Assembly: GCA_024346625.1 (NCBI GenBank) | Contig: AP024664.1 | Coordinates: 310,001-374,000, forward strand | Source of the DNA: Williopsis jadinii | Lineage: Eukaryota | Direction of reading: 5' to 3' | Length of the DNA: 64,000 nucleotides | Shown here: one piece after another, positions 31,599 through 42,462 of the stretch | How the letters are laid out: every line of letters begins with the position of its first letter | Numbering within the stretch: the first letter of the stretch is position 1 | Program-made: the position numbers and the translations under genes | The notes under the pieces: generated by a model | Databases searched by the model: none | Seen by the model: only the letters and a program-made list of their open reading frames with translations | Told to the model about the DNA's origin: nothing

Positions 31599-32309
31599 AT
31601 GAAACATCACAATCACAAAGCTGCATTGATTGCAGTCACTTCAAACAATGACATATTTTATGACGATGGTGCCAAGGGTGGACTATACTGGTCTGCAGCA
31701 TTACACGCCTATCACGTTTTGAAAGACGCAGGTCTGCAAGTTCAATTCGTCTCTGAGAATGGAGAATGGGGCATTGACGAGCACTCAATCATCCCTTCAA
31801 GGCTAGTTTCTGAAGAGGATGTGAAGGAGTACAATGATAAGGAGGCTCCTATCCACAAGGATCTGGCCAACATTAGAAAGGCTTCCGATATCGACCCTTC
31901 CCATTACAAGATCTTTTTTGCAGCCGGCGGACATGCCTCTTTATTTGATTTCCCAGAAGCTAGAGGTTTACAGGAGTTGGCTAGAACTATTTACAATAAC
32001 GGTGGTTGTGTCGCTGCGGTGTGTCATGGACCTGCAATCTTTAGAGGTTTGGATGACATTGCGGGTGACAAGAAACTGACGTGCTTCGTTACCAGTGCAG
32101 AGAAAGAGATGGGAACATCCGCAATTTTGGATAAATTCCATCTGAAAACCAATGAGCAACTCATCAAGGAGATTGGTGCACAGCTGGTTACTCCACCGGA
32201 ACCATGGGCTGACTTCTCTGTTATCGACAAGAGAATCGTCACCGGCGCCAATCCAGCTTCTACTAAGAGTACTATTAAGAAGGCCATTGCCGCAGTCTTT
32301 GAATCATGA
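31599..32309 (+). CDS. Hsp31-like DJ-1/PfpI family protein
   Basis: LIAVTSNNDIFY.DGAK, FVSE.G.WG.DEHS, FFAAGGH, AAVCHGP, RIVTGANPAS; TATATAAA at 31496-31503. Confidence 0.9.
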   Translation: MKHHNHKAALIAVTSNNDIFYDDGAKGGLYWSAALHAYHVLKDAGLQVQFVSENGEWGIDEHSIIPSRLVSEEDVKEYNDKEAPIHKDLANIRKASDIDPSHYKIFFAAGGHASLFDFPEARGLQELARTIYNNGGCVAAVCHGPAIFRGLDDIAGDKKLTCFVTSAEKEMGTSAILDKFHLKTNEQLIKEIGAQLVTPPEPWADFSVIDKRIVTGANPASTKSTIKKAIAAVFES

Positions 32310-32819
32310 TCAGGACCTTTAGGAATGTTGGCTTTCTAGAATAGCGTGAGATAATAACATGATCGTAATGTATTGAAAGAAGGTGTTATTTATGCTCCAT
32401 ACAATTTAAGTGATTTTGATGCTTGCTTAATAATTCCACAAGTGGTTTAACTGTCCTAGCTCAAAGTTTCCTTTTCTCAAGATAGTCATCGTGGTCACAA
32501 TCGGTATAAACAGTCGCCAAGTCTGCGTTGATAATCCCATTGGGACTTTAGTCTCCTAGTCTATCCAATGTGATGGCCATCACTTCACGAGGGCCACTTC
32601 CTGCTTGGAGTCTCTCTAGCCCCAAATCCTAGTCCAAGCTCGACCCGCATGTGTTTAAAGTCCTGCGCGCTCCCCCCACCGGGTCTGAGTCCCACCTTGT
32701 CCCAAAAAACTTCAACCATAGCCAGCTCGTAAAAAACACACCGAGACCTCTGCGTTTTACTCCTTGTGAAGAGAACAACGCTGACACCAGCCAACACACC
32801 CAAATAAACCAATTGGACA

Positions 32820-33184
32820 ATGGACAAACCAGTAAAGTACGCACAGAGTATACAGCACAACACTAAGGTGAGTCATCGTACGGATCACGCTCTCGAGACG
32901 CTCGGACTAACCGATATTAGACTTTACAATATGTCCATGATTTCACATCCTTGATCTTTGGCATATCGGCCGGAATACTTCAGTTGGAATCCTTGAATGG
33001 GTTTCTATTCCTGTTTATATCCTTCACACTTGTTTCTTCTCTATTCACAATATCACACTGCCAATTACAACCTTCCAGGTATTTTGAATCGCCGTTGAAA
33101 TCGTTGTACGTTGACGATCTTGCTCGTTACCTGACGGCTTTCCTAATGAGCTGGACCTTGGCCTACGCTCTGGTACAATCATGA
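32820..33184 (+). CDS. EMC6: ER membrane complex subunit 6; exons 32820-32867 and 32921-33184
   Basis: 53-nt phase-0 intron (GTGAGT...GACTAAC...TAG); SLIFGISAGILQLESLNGF, FLMSWTLAYALV. Confidence 0.88.
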
Positions 33185-33238
33185 TATGCCATTACTATCG
33201 TTATTTAGTGCGATATACATCGTTCAACAGTGTATAAA

Positions 33239-36160
33239 TCATTTCCTCTTGGCCATTTTGGCCCTTGCAGTATCCATGCGCTTATTCATTCTTTTTCTCT
33301 TGACACCCACCATATTCTCAACGTCGTAGAACTCACCCAGAGTACTCTGTGTGCCTTCTCTTCTCTTCTTATTGAGGTCTCTGATGAGTGGCACGAGAAC
33401 TTGGTCAACCCTTTCCTGTGACCATCCAACTGTAGACATAAGGAAAGTTCTTAGCCTATCCAAATCAGGCGTTCCCCATACGAACTCGGTCCGATCACTA
33501 TCAACTTCAGCAGCTATATACGCTTGGTCAATTCTCCTGTCTGGGAAGGATTTGTCCAGTAGAATCTCGTTGTTCACCAGTTTCTTCCTCAAAGATTTCT
33601 CCCATGCGTTTTCCTGCTTTTGTTTGTTGAGATCGAATTGACCCTCCATGAACCAGTCCCTCAGCTGCTCTAGTCCACCAAAATTGGCTAGGATCTCCAT
33701 GGCCAGCACTGGCCCAATACCCTTCAGCCCGACAGTGTAATCACTTCCCAATAGATGTGCCAGCTCGATGAGTTTTGATCTGTCGAGGCCCAATTTCTCC
33801 AGTGCGTTCGAATTATAGAACTCGACGTAATGCTTCTCATGGAACATGTTTCTGTAGACACGATCACCACCAAAGAGGAACACATCCGAGTCGTCAGTGA
33901 TGATCCCATCGACTAGTTTCAGCTTCAAAAGCTCGGCACACTGTGCCTCAGCTTCCATAGGAGCTGTGATATAGGGGATACCAAATCGTGATAAGAGGTC
34001 CTGAACTTCCCGAATCATGACAACAGTGACTTCATCCGCATCTCTCATCTCCCTCTGATGCTGCTTCTTCAAAGAGCCTTCGTTATCTAAGAATGCCATG
34101 ATGTGTGGGTTCAGGTCCCTTTGGAACTGCTCATGCTCTTCCTCCTCCTTTGCTAGTTGTTCATTGAGCTCTTGCTCTTCCTCCTCTTCAAATTCGTAGT
34201 CAAAAGCAGCTGGTGATCTCAGCTCTTGAGCACGTTCCTCTGCATCTACCTCATTAGTCGGAGGTGCTTCTTTCACAGATTCATTTAACTGTTCCCGTGG
34301 AGCCTCTTCAGTAGCCTCTCCAACAGCCTTGACACTTGACTCTTGAGCGATGCTCTTCTCTGGATCAACAACTCTTTGTTCAACAATCTCAATCTCGTCC
34401 GCATCGCCTCCTCCACTATTCAACATCTCTTGAGCTTCAGACCATGAAACCAATCCCAATTGCTCATCCTTCCTCTTGTCATTGTCCTCCTTTTGCCTTG
34501 AGTCTATGGCTGCCTGCTGCTTCCTTTGGTACGAGTTCATTGAATCACCTTTGAGCCAGGAGTGTACTGTAACAAGGGGGTTGTCCTCTTTCTCCTTGGC
34601 TATTACAGATTCACCTTCCACTTCAGCTTCATCCAAGCCCTGTTCCTTCTTTCCTTTGGCCAGTAACAGCAACTTGTCCTTCTCCAGCACACCTTTAGCA
34701 CTGCTTCCCATAGAGACCAAAGGGGGATTCCTCTTTGGAATCGGTAACGTGCTTGGAAAAGCTTCATCGAACCTCTCCTTTAGTTCTGGTTCACGTCTTG
34801 ATTCCTGTTCTGGTGCTGGTTCAATGTCAAAGGGAATGCCATCGAATAGATCATCCTGATCTTTAAGCATCTGTAACTCCAGCTCCTTTTCTCTGGTGTA
34901 ATCTCTCTTGGATTGCTCAATGGCCTCTATCAGCTCCATCTCTTCAATGGCCTTCAGATCCTCGTGTAGATCCTCCCGACGCTCTGTACTCTTCTTCTTC
35001 GTTGGACTGTAGAACGATTTCAGCGTAGAATCACCGGCAGAGACGGTCGTGGAAGGTGGAAGAGGTAAAGAGCTCATGCTCATGTTGACTTTCTTCTCTT
35101 GCACGTCCTCCAACTCAACGTCTTCCCAATCAACGTCTTCATCTTCATCTTCAGCACCGTTATCATTGTCATAGTCGTCGTTCTTATCCAAAACAACCGG
35201 GTTCCTGATGCTGGAGCCGGTGTCATCATTCAGGCTCAGTGCCCAACCACCGTCTGTCTTTTCAATCCTATACCTCCTATCTCGCTCGCCTGCCACCCTA
35301 CCAGCCTCACCACCGTTGTTGTTACCATCATCCATACCACTAATACCCATCAGCCTTTGCGTGAAGTAGTTCCTTCTCTGGACCATTTGGATCTGAAACT
35401 TGGAGAAGTCCATGCTCTCCGGGAATATCCCCTCCAGCTGTTCCTTCGTATATCCCATTCTAAGCCGTGATCTCAGTCTCAGCTGGGAGAGGGCCATGTA
35501 CTGTGTGGTCAATGGTAACTGTGCAAACTCTTCAGAAGCAGGATCCAGCGTGTTGAGGTCAATGCCTTCCAGCTCATCAACCATCTGCTCGTTATATGTC
35601 TTTATATCGTCCTCAGTGACAAACCTCCTGTCGTCTTTAGACATCTGGAAGCCTTCGATGTGTGGCAAGTCGTACTCGTCCATGGATCTGAACTGAGCTG
35701 CTGGTTTGACGGCCTCGCCTTCATTACCCAGGTACTTGTACTGGATCGCAGCGTCGCCACCATCGCCACCATCGCCACCATCTCTCGGCCTTTCAGCACC
35801 GGCTTCTTTCGCCCTCTGTAACTGCAACGCCAACAGCTTCTGAGCAGTTCTCTCGGCTCCTTCCCTCTGGCCTTGTCTCCTCTCCTTACGCCTTCTGATG
35901 ACCTCTCTTTTCAGCGCAGGCGCACCGCCGTCAAACACGAAAACAGGCAGTATACCAAAGAACAACAGCTTACAGATCCTTCTGAAAAAGCCAACAACGT
36001 GTGAGGCTCTGAGTGAATGGCCGTCTTTGCCTCTCACAGCCTTTAGAAACTGATATATCCAAATCGACGCATCCACAGCCATTTTCTTCCTGCTGAGACT
36101 CTCCAGTCTCACAGGAAGCGACTGCGACTCCAGGATGCTCCACAAGCCGTGAACGCCCAT
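33239..36160 (-). CDS. RAD2: XPG nucleotide-excision-repair endonuclease
   Basis: MGVHGLW, AVDASIWIYQF, VFVFDGG N-domain; PYITAPMEAEAQCA, TDDSDVFLFGG, LLGSDYT I-domain. Confidence 0.96.
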   Translation of the reverse strand: MGVHGLWSILESQSLPVRLESLSRKKMAVDASIWIYQFLKAVRGKDGHSLRASHVVGFFRRICKLLFFGILPVFVFDGGAPALKREVIRRRKERRQGQREGAERTAQKLLALQLQRAKEAGAERPRDGGDGGDGGDAAIQYKYLGNEGEAVKPAAQFRSMDEYDLPHIEGFQMSKDDRRFVTEDDIKTYNEQMVDELEGIDLNTLDPASEEFAQLPLTTQYMALSQLRLRSRLRMGYTKEQLEGIFPESMDFSKFQIQMVQRRNYFTQRLMGISGMDDGNNNGGEAGRVAGERDRRYRIEKTDGGWALSLNDDTGSSIRNPVVLDKNDDYDNDNGAEDEDEDVDWEDVELEDVQEKKVNMSMSSLPLPPSTTVSAGDSTLKSFYSPTKKKSTERREDLHEDLKAIEEMELIEAIEQSKRDYTREKELELQMLKDQDDLFDGIPFDIEPAPEQESRREPELKERFDEAFPSTLPIPKRNPPLVSMGSSAKGVLEKDKLLLLAKGKKEQGLDEAEVEGESVIAKEKEDNPLVTVHSWLKGDSMNSYQRKQQAAIDSRQKEDNDKRKDEQLGLVSWSEAQEMLNSGGGDADEIEIVEQRVVDPEKSIAQESSVKAVGEATEEAPREQLNESVKEAPPTNEVDAEERAQELRSPAAFDYEFEEEEEQELNEQLAKEEEEHEQFQRDLNPHIMAFLDNEGSLKKQHQREMRDADEVTVVMIREVQDLLSRFGIPYITAPMEAEAQCAELLKLKLVDGIITDDSDVFLFGGDRVYRNMFHEKHYVEFYNSNALEKLGLDRSKLIELAHLLGSDYTVGLKGIGPVLAMEILANFGGLEQLRDWFMEGQFDLNKQKQENAWEKSLRKKLVNNEILLDKSFPDRRIDQAYIAAEVDSDRTEFVWGTPDLDRLRTFLMSTVGWSQERVDQVLVPLIRDLNKKRREGTQSTLGEFYDVENMVGVKRKRMNKRMDTARAKMAKRK

Positions 36161-36310
36161 CGCTGTGCTCTCCCGCCCTGTGCCCTTTTCCAGCTTGCTT
36201 GCCTAGGCGGGGGCAAAAAGTGTTGATGGAAGGGAATTATGTCTGACGCGAAAACGCGTACCTTCTACAGCGCTTCAGCAAGTAAACAGCACACGGTTCA
36301 GCGCCCAGGG

Positions 36311-37216
36311 ATGGAGAATTTACGCGTCGTTTACTTGCCAGACGGTCCGTGTAAGATCATTAGGCTCAAGTCTCCGATATCGAAAGAGCTGGTGAATTTG
36401 GTGGTGAGCAGTGGGAAGTTGTACGAACTGCGTGAGCTGACTGGCGATAACCCATTTGACCCACAGAACCACTTGAGGCCCGTGACCAAGGCGGATGGCC
36501 AGCCAGTGAGGTCCCTGATACTCAGTGACCCCGAGGGTAACGGTGTTGTCATCGAAAATGGGTCTTTGGTGGTGGCAACGCTGTTTAATCTGAGCTATCT
36601 GCTCATTGCCTATTTCACTGACGCTCCATCAGGAAGATTCCAAGGGCTTGAGGATATCGTGGATAGCCTCCAGGCCGAGTACGAAGGGTTTGCCGAGGTT
36701 GGCGATGACATGGTGGCCAAATCGCTGGAACAGATATGCAACACTGTTGTCGAAGGGGACGAGACTTTCTACAAGTTTGACGAATCAATGGCTCTGCTAT
36801 GGCTGAAGCAAAGAGTCCAGAGACTGTGCGACCATTTCCCCTCCAGCATCCTGGAATCGCTCATCAAGCCGCTGCTGTATCCAGTGGAGCTCGACAAATC
36901 CATCCCTGAAGATATGATGGCCCTGGCACTGCAGAAGTACTCTGTGCTGTTGCTGTCGTCATACTTGACGGAACAATGGGTGGATAAGCTGATGAAATGC
37001 TACGAACTGGAGCCTCTCGAGCAGTACATTGGGAAGATCAAGCAACAAAAAGCAGCAAAGAGAGCAGCCGAGCAGAGCTTGCTGGAGGTCAACCAATTGA
37101 ATGCGAACAACAAGAGATCTACAAAGCCAGTGGCCAAGGCTGCGCCAAAGAAGAAGGTCAAAGTGGCCAAAGTGACCAAAGGAGCTCTGGACATGTTCTT
37201 CAAGAAGAAGGCATAA
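36311..37216 (+). CDS. RNH202: RNase H2 subunit B
   Basis: GVVIENGSLVVATLFNLSYLLI, WLKQRVQRL, C-terminal PIP-like GALDMFF; start 36311 preferred over 36239 because MCB sites (ACGCGA 36246, ACGCGT 36254) lie between them. Confidence 0.78.
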   Translation: MENLRVVYLPDGPCKIIRLKSPISKELVNLVVSSGKLYELRELTGDNPFDPQNHLRPVTKADGQPVRSLILSDPEGNGVVIENGSLVVATLFNLSYLLIAYFTDAPSGRFQGLEDIVDSLQAEYEGFAEVGDDMVAKSLEQICNTVVEGDETFYKFDESMALLWLKQRVQRLCDHFPSSILESLIKPLLYPVELDKSIPEDMMALALQKYSVLLLSSYLTEQWVDKLMKCYELEPLEQYIGKIKQQKAAKRAAEQSLLEVNQLNANNKRSTKPVAKAAPKKKVKVAKVTKGALDMFFKKKA

Positions 37217-37299
37217 CACATAGTCACCACGGGTTCAGAGATATCACTTTCTTGTTCTTTTTAACACTATGTATATGTATTTACAAAAATGGACAAGAC

Positions 37300-38304
37300 T
37301 CATTGCTTCTTGCTGTTGAGAGTATCGTTAACCTTTGAATAGATACCCAGTCCACTGGCGATCAACGAGCCCATATCTCCTAGTCCAGCAGGCACAACCA
37401 CAGTGTTGGACTCCTTTGCCAACTTGCCAAAGGCTTCGACATAATGTTCAGCCACTTGAAGAGCCACAGCATCTCTGCCACCCGGTGTCTCTTCAATGGC
37501 CCTGGCAATGTGCTTCAAGCCCTCAGCTGTGGCCTTTGCCTTCAGCAAGATGGCCTCAGACTCACCATTGGCCTCGTTGATGCTCTGGAGCTTCACAGCC
37601 TCCGAGGCCAAGATTTTGGAGGTCTTCTCACCTTCAGCTATGTTGATGGCACTCTGTCTGTGACCTTCAGAGTCCAGGATCTCGGCTCTCTTAGAACGTT
37701 CAGCACTCACCTGTCTGTGCATCGCCTCCAGGACATTCTGAGGTGGGTGTATGTCCTTAATCTCGTAACGCAGGCACTTGATACCCCAGTCGTTGGCAGC
37801 CTCGTTCAAGGCACTCGTGATGTTGTGGTTCAGGTTCTGTCTCTCCTTCAGGACGTGATCCAGGGTCAATTGGCCAATCTCTGAACGCATTGTGGTCTGC
37901 GCCAGCTGGCTGATGGCGTACTCAGCATCCTCCACGCCATACGAGGCCTTGTAGGCGTCGATCACCTTGATGTACAGCACACCGTCCATCTCCAACGTCA
38001 CGTTGTCAGACGTGATTGCGCTCTGTGAGGGGATCTCGATGGCTGCTTCCTTCAGCGACTGGACGTACTGGATCTTATCGAGAAATGGCATCAAGATGGC
38101 CAAACCAGGCTCTAATATTCTATGGAACTTACCCATTCTCTCAACCACCCATGCTGTCTGCTGTGGTACGAAACGGATAACGGTATTTGCCGGCAGTCTC
38201 TCCTGCTGGAAGAACGAGACTGGCTGCTGGGAGTTGAACAGTCTCACTGGGACTACCAGGGCCGACGGTCTCTGCGGGACTCTGAGAGCTGATCTCAACA
38301 TCAT
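37300..38304 (-). CDS. Stomatin-like protein 2 (SPFH/band-7), mitochondrial
   Basis: FVPQQTAWVVERMGKF, QSAITSDNVTL, AQTTMRSEIG, AERSKRAEIL; presequence-like N-terminus. Confidence 0.92.
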   Translation of the reverse strand: MMLRSALRVPQRPSALVVPVRLFNSQQPVSFFQQERLPANTVIRFVPQQTAWVVERMGKFHRILEPGLAILMPFLDKIQYVQSLKEAAIEIPSQSAITSDNVTLEMDGVLYIKVIDAYKASYGVEDAEYAISQLAQTTMRSEIGQLTLDHVLKERQNLNHNITSALNEAANDWGIKCLRYEIKDIHPPQNVLEAMHRQVSAERSKRAEILDSEGHRQSAINIAEGEKTSKILASEAVKLQSINEANGESEAILLKAKATAEGLKHIARAIEETPGGRDAVALQVAEHYVEAFGKLAKESNTVVVPAGLGDMGSLIASGLGIYSKVNDTLNSKKQ

Positions 38305-38469
38305 TTCGCTATGCTTTTGTCCTGTTGTCCCTTGTCTTGCTACAACGGTCTTTGGTGGTGCTTTGTGGACAAAAGTCGCCCTCGAGGTTTTTTCGTATTT
38401 TGCTTTTTTGGGTCTGGACTTGCCGGAAAAGTCCCAAAAATTTTTCTTGTCCGTGTGTAACAGATTGAG

Positions 38470-38525
38470 GACAAGAGACACTGGACAGGAGACACTGGAC
38501 AGGAGACAGAGGACAGAGGACAAAC
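38470..38525 (+). repeat. Phased heptamer array (GACANNN)x8
   Basis: GACAAGA GACACTG GACAGGA GACACTG GACAGGA GACAGAG GACAGAG GACAAAC ending 4 nt before the RRP45 ATG. Confidence 0.9.
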
Positions 38526-38529
38526 AATC

Positions 38530-39438
38530 ATGGCCAAAGGCATTGAAACGTCAGCCAACGAGAAGGCCTTCATCATCGATGCACTGACACAGGGGGTCCG
38601 CACGGATGGCCGTAAGCTGGACGAGTACAGAGACGTGAAGATCTCGCTGGGCTCGCAGTACGGGTCTGTCGATGTCACGATGGGCGAAACAAGGGTTCTG
38701 TGCCGTATAAGCAGCGAGATTGTAGCCCCATACGAGGACCGTCCGTTTGAAGGGTTGTTCACCGTGTCGACAGAGATCAGCCCCATGGCGTCGCCAATGT
38801 TCGAGCAAGGACGCCAGAGCGACGACGAGCTGCTCATCACCAGAACTGTGGAGAAGGCAGTAAGGAGATCAAACGCGCTGGACCTGGAGAGTCTGTGTAT
38901 CATAGCTGGGGCCAAATGTTGGAGTATCAGGGCCGATGTACACCTGCTGAACTACGACGGAGGGTTTATAGACGCCAGTTGTATTGCTGTCATGACAGCG
39001 TTACAGCACTACAAGAAGCAGGACATCACCGTGTCCGGTGAGCAAGTTCTGGTGCATGATTTCAGCGAAAGGTCCCCAGTAGGGTTGAGTATTCTACACG
39101 TGCCAATCTGTGTGACGTTTGCCTTCTTCAATCCTCATGGCGTTGAGCAGAACATCAAGGGAGATGCTAAGGAGATTTACGTTGTGGATCCTAACATGCA
39201 GGAAGAACTGCTGAAGCACGGTATCCTCACAGTGACAATAAACAAGAATAGAGAGGTTTGCCAGGTGTCCAAAGCTGGAGGGCTGCCTATGGATGCCTTG
39301 ACGTTGATGGAGTGTTCCCACAAGGCATTCACCATTGCCGAGAAGCTGACAAACGACATCAAGAAGTTGATTGAGGAGGACGATCTACAGAGGAAGGGCT
39401 CACAGTGGAAGATGTTAAGTGCATCGAACGATAGATAA
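38530..39438 (+). CDS. RRP45: Exosome core subunit Rrp45
   Basis: RTDGRKLDEYR, PYEDRPFEG, RRSNALDLESLCI RNase PH fold. Confidence 0.94.
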   Translation: MAKGIETSANEKAFIIDALTQGVRTDGRKLDEYRDVKISLGSQYGSVDVTMGETRVLCRISSEIVAPYEDRPFEGLFTVSTEISPMASPMFEQGRQSDDELLITRTVEKAVRRSNALDLESLCIIAGAKCWSIRADVHLLNYDGGFIDASCIAVMTALQHYKKQDITVSGEQVLVHDFSERSPVGLSILHVPICVTFAFFNPHGVEQNIKGDAKEIYVVDPNMQEELLKHGILTVTINKNREVCQVSKAGGLPMDALTLMECSHKAFTIAEKLTNDIKKLIEEDDLQRKGSQWKMLSASNDR

Positions 39439-39470
39439 CAGTCTCATTCTAATAATAATAGTATCAACAA

Positions 39471-40025
39471 CTAGTGCAATCTAAGCCTTTTCATAGTCGT
39501 GGTGTTTGTCTCTTCACCATCGTTTCTCCGCTTTGGTCCTGCTGCCACTGTCTTTACAACGTCATAGTCACCGTGTAAGTTCAAATTGTAATCCAGTGCA
39601 ACCAGTACAGTCATCTCCAGTGACTTCAACTCCCCTGGAGACAATCCACTAATCTTACTCCACGTCTTCAACTTCACGCTACTATCGTAGATATACTTGA
39701 AACTGAGACACAGACAGGCCAAGAACGCTCTCTTGGGACAGCCAACATGGCTGCTGGTAAGCTTGGACATGTAGTACAGACAAACCTTCAGACACTCCAG
39801 TGAGCATCTCGACCTCTTGATGACTTCAGTGATGAACTTGGAGTACTTGGCAACATCGGCAACTTCCCACACGCCAGCAATGTACACAGACGCATCGTCG
39901 ATGTATCTGTGCACGAACTGGGACTTGGAGTCCTCCTCGTGGTGGTCGTCTGCCGGCGGAGTGATGAGATGAGACGTCTTCTTAGAAGACAGAGCTGTGT
40001 GTGGAAAAGACTCCATGACTGACAT
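39471..40025 (-). CDS. PCL5: Pho85 cyclin, Pcl5-like
   Basis: LITPP, FITEVIKRSRCS, KRAFLACLCLSFKY..D, WSKISGL...L..LE...L.YNL cyclin box; Gcn4 sites upstream. Confidence 0.7.
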   Translation of the reverse strand: MSVMESFPHTALSSKKTSHLITPPADDHHEEDSKSQFVHRYIDDASVYIAGVWEVADVAKYSKFITEVIKRSRCSLECLKVCLYYMSKLTSSHVGCPKRAFLACLCLSFKYIYDSSVKLKTWSKISGLSPGELKSLEMTVLVALDYNLNLHGDYDVVKTVAAGPKRRNDGEETNTTTMKRLRLH

Positions 40026-40377
40026 TGTGTTCTTTCCTGACGATGCACACGTTGGAACAAGGAAACCCCCGGTTACTACCAGCGTGGACTCTTACTATCG
40101 TATATATATATCGTGTGAAATGCAATTAAAAGGGCGAGGTGGCTCAGTAGAACATGGTGGTATCAAGCAAGAGTAGTGTCGGAAAGCAGGAGGAAGAGTA
40201 ACAGAGATATAAGGACGGACAGTGGGAAGAAGAGAACAGTACAACTGAACTCTTCACAGTGTGGTGGTGCGAAGGAGAAGAAGAAGGAAGGAAGAAGAGA
40301 GAAAAGAAGGCATCGCCAGCGCTTTTAAATAGAAGCAAGTGAACATTGGAAAGCGTCATCATCGCACCGGGGGCTTT

Positions 40378-40396
40378 ATGACTCACAGATGTGTCA
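40378..40396. promoter_or_regulatory. Gcn4 sites upstream of the PCL5-like gene
   Basis: ATGACTCAC 40378-40386 and variant TGTGTCA 40390-40396; minus-strand TATA-like TATTTAAA near 40324-40331. Confidence 0.6.
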
Positions 40397-40666
40397 CTTT
40401 AGGCGCAGTGTAATTTTCCATGGAAAGTTCCGTCGGGATTTTCCGGGGTGGCAATCGGAAGCGAGGAAGCGGGCTCAGTGCCGAGGCTGTTTTGGGGCGA
40501 TATTCCGACGACGTGTGGAGTTGATCGGAATTGCTAGGTTAGGAGAGAGATACAGTGGTGGGTGATGGAGAGGTAGTAAACAGACTATTCTTTCGTTATA
40601 AAACCAGTGTTGGTGGAGTGATGCAGGGCCGGTGGAGTTATTCAGCATCAATGGAGCAAGCCAGCG

Positions 40667-42082
40667 TTAGTGGCCACTCCACTCGATGGTGTCGAGGTCA
40701 ATGCCCTCCTTCACCATCTCCCACAGCGGACTCAGCTCTCTGAGGAACTCCACACGCTCGTGGATCGCTTTGATCACGTAGTCAATCTCCTCCTCAGTGG
40801 TGAAGCGTCCAATGCCGAATCTGATGGAGGAGTGTGCCAATGCATCGTCAGCTCCCAGCGCATGTAGCACGTAGGAAGGCTCCAGAGACGCAGAGGTACA
40901 CGCGCTTCCGGAACTCAGCGCAATGTCCTTCAACGCCATGAGCAGAGATTCACCCTCGATGTAGGCAAAGGAGACGTTGACACACCCAGGATATCTGTGC
41001 ACTTTTGAGCCGTTCAGCTGAGTATGCTCGATGGAAAGTAGGCCATCCATGAGTCTCTTTGAGAGTCTCTTGATGTGTGCTTGGTCATAATCCATATCTT
41101 CTTTGATCAATCTGCAGGCCTCACCAAAACCGGTAACCAGTGGTGGTGCCAACGTTCCACTTCTCAATCCACGCTCTTGACCACCTCCCGTGATGATTGG
41201 GTCCAATCTGACCCTTGGTCTTCTTCTGACATAGATGGCACCGATACCTTTAGGGCCGTAGATCTTGTGGGATGAGATCGACATGAGGTCGATGTTCATC
41301 TTATTGACATCCAGTGGGATCTTTCCCACGGCTTGAGCACAATCAGAGTGGAAAAACACTTTGTGTTTACGGCAGATCTTACCAATCTCCTCGATTGGCT
41401 GGACGACACCGATTTCGTTGTTCACAGCCATAACACTGACAAGACATGTATCCTTGCGGATGGCCTTCTCCAGCTGTTCTAAATCAATCAACCCGTCACT
41501 GTTGACGCTGAGGTAGGTCACATCAAAGCCTTCGTCCTGCAAATGTCTTGCAGAATCAAGGATACATTTGTGCTCAGTCTTCACCGTGATGATGTGCTTT
41601 TTGGTCTTTTGGTAAAACCTTGGAACACCCTTTATCGCCATATTGTTGGATTCAGTGGCACCAGACGTGAAGATGATCTCCTTAGGATCAGCACCAATCA
41701 AATCGGCAACCCTCTTACGCGCGCTTTCAATCTCCTTGTCAGTTTCCCAACCATAACTGTGGGTATTCGAGTGTGGGTTACCATACAGCCCGGTGTAGAA
41801 TTGGAGCATCTTGTCTAACACCCTTGGATCAGTAGGCGTCGTGGCTTGCATGTCCAAGTAGATCGGTCTTGTACCGTTCAAAGGGTTGGCCTTGAACGCA
41901 TTGTTGGCGATGGTCTCACTAGCAAACTTCTGCTGTTGAGCAGAGGAAGCAATGTCATCCTCCACAAGGTCGTTGGCGGCACTCGCAGTCGCAGTGGCGG
42001 CCCTCTGCACCGTCGTCGACGACACGAATCTCTTCGAGCTGAGCAAAGGTCTTGGGAATGGTCTAAGCGCTCTCAAATGCAT
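40667..42082 (-). CDS. NFS1: Cysteine desulfurase
   Basis: [33 protein letters not shown]-terminal IEWSGH. Confidence 0.97.
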   Translation of the reverse strand: MHLRALRPFPRPLLSSKRFVSSTTVQRAATATASAANDLVEDDIASSAQQQKFASETIANNAFKANPLNGTRPIYLDMQATTPTDPRVLDKMLQFYTGLYGNPHSNTHSYGWETDKEIESARKRVADLIGADPKEIIFTSGATESNNMAIKGVPRFYQKTKKHIITVKTEHKCILDSARHLQDEGFDVTYLSVNSDGLIDLEQLEKAIRKDTCLVSVMAVNNEIGVVQPIEEIGKICRKHKVFFHSDCAQAVGKIPLDVNKMNIDLMSISSHKIYGPKGIGAIYVRRRPRVRLDPIITGGGQERGLRSGTLAPPLVTGFGEACRLIKEDMDYDQAHIKRLSKRLMDGLLSIEHTQLNGSKVHRYPGCVNVSFAYIEGESLLMALKDIALSSGSACTSASLEPSYVLHALGADDALAHSSIRFGIGRFTTEEEIDYVIKAIHERVEFLRELSPLWEMVKEGIDLDTIEWSGH

Positions 42083-42462
42083 CTCGATGTTACTTCAAAC
42101 CCTCCTTAGTGACCAGCTTACAACAACAAATGGAGCTGAGGATGGAAGAGAGAAAAAGCCTTTTCAACACAGAGGTGAACCTTCCCCCGTCTCCGGAGCG
42201 GTGATGATTTCCCAAAGCGGAAGTGGTGTCCGGGTGTTCGCCATCGGGGTTACCCTGTCGCACATCGAGTTCTGATTCGCCAGCAAAACCTCCCTTTGGG
42301 TGCGGAACAACTGCTACAAAGCCAGTCGTTTCCTCCGTGGGCAAGTCAGGCACGCAATTGACCTACTGGTGAGCCACCAGGCCAGGACACACCGTCGTGA
42401 TCGATGCTGCCGACCCGTTGTGCCACTACGAGCGGTGGACGAAGCGAGCTGGTACCGGCTAT

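Noticed and set aside
37967..38915. Long antisense ORFs over the stomatin-like and RRP45 genes (also 62468-63328 over FYV8)
   Set aside because: Shadow frames of GC-rich or low-complexity genes with no protein-like features.
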